From a virus (Duplodnaviria; Caudoviricetes), in IMG/VR virus record IMGVR_UViG_3300021959_007005: a DNA stretch of 64,000 nt; one strand, 5' to 3'. The position numbers were made by a program, and so were the translations under genes. Below, piece by piece: positions 63,853-64,000 of this stretch; position 1 is the stretch's first letter, and every line of letters begins with the position of its first letter. Below the pieces are notes generated by a model. That model was not told the DNA's origin. It searched no databases and was given only the letters and a program-made list of their open reading frames with translations.

Positions 63853-64000
63853 CCAAATATACTCATGTCTTCTATATGTTGTGGCATAATTTCCATTAAT
63901 GCATCAAGCTCAGTTGCTTTGGGTGTACACATACCACATCCACAATGCTTACCTGGTCCCAGTGGACACGTAATAACAGGCATTGTTTTATTTTCCAAGT
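63849..64000 (-). CDS. 3' end of a Cys-rich protein, probably radical SAM (partial)
   Basis: Hand translation ...LENKTMPVITCPLGPGKHCGCGMCTPKATELDALMEIMPQHIEDMSIFG*. Confidence 0.6.
   Translation of the reverse strand, partial: LENKTMPVITCPLGPGKHCGCGMCTPKATELDALMEIMPQHIEDMSIFG

Noticed and set aside
1-64000. CRISPR array, integrase, transposase or rRNA
   Set aside because: No spaced repeat array or such motifs were seen; the repeats found are intragenic and in frame.
1-64000. Stop-codon reassignment or suppressor tRNA
   Set aside because: Long genes read through under the standard code, TAG ends several genes (5771, 14293, 28860, 36355, 49360), and the tRNA anticodon is GTT by its U33 position, not TTA or CTA.

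Overview
This window is 64 kb of an AT-rich, densely packed T4-related large (probably jumbo) myophage. A marine alphaproteobacterial host is inferred from the auxiliary genes only. Most genes lie on the + strand; the last 5.5 kb is on the - strand. From left to right: (1) 1-12.3 kb, putative head-packaged modular proteins full of [ILV]xE prohead-protease-type sites, plus a CCA-adding enzyme; (2) a GH19 endolysin with small membrane genes; (3) a replication core (DsbA-like protein, Fpr, family-B polymerase, Smr, clamp-like protein); (4) a 7-deazaguanine module (QueD-like, DpdA/TGT-like, FolE, QueE, YhhQ) interleaved with a glycosyltransferase and two nucleotidyltransferases, with no QueC in view; (5) purine/pyrimidine salvage (BMP binding protein, Apt, PurA, PyrD-like, PRTases), MetK and NeuA/NeuB; (6) an AsnRS-like protein lacking the anticodon-binding domain, followed directly by an abnormal 103-nt tRNA (GUU anticodon, long variable arm, U37, bulged T-stem); (7) RNase H, early genes behind sigma70-type promoters, Pth2, MoxR/vWA and ThyX; (8) a 13-kb island of desaturases, Fe/2OG oxygenases, a SET protein, radical SAM enzymes, a nitroreductase and MTA/SAH nucleosidase. 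The strongest candidates for an undescribed system are the truncated synthetase/atypical tRNA pair, a possibly glycosylated deazaguanine, a cassette-swapping virion polyprotein (31-bp direct repeat) and the oxygenase/radical SAM island. All family calls come from motif recognition by eye; no database searches were run.
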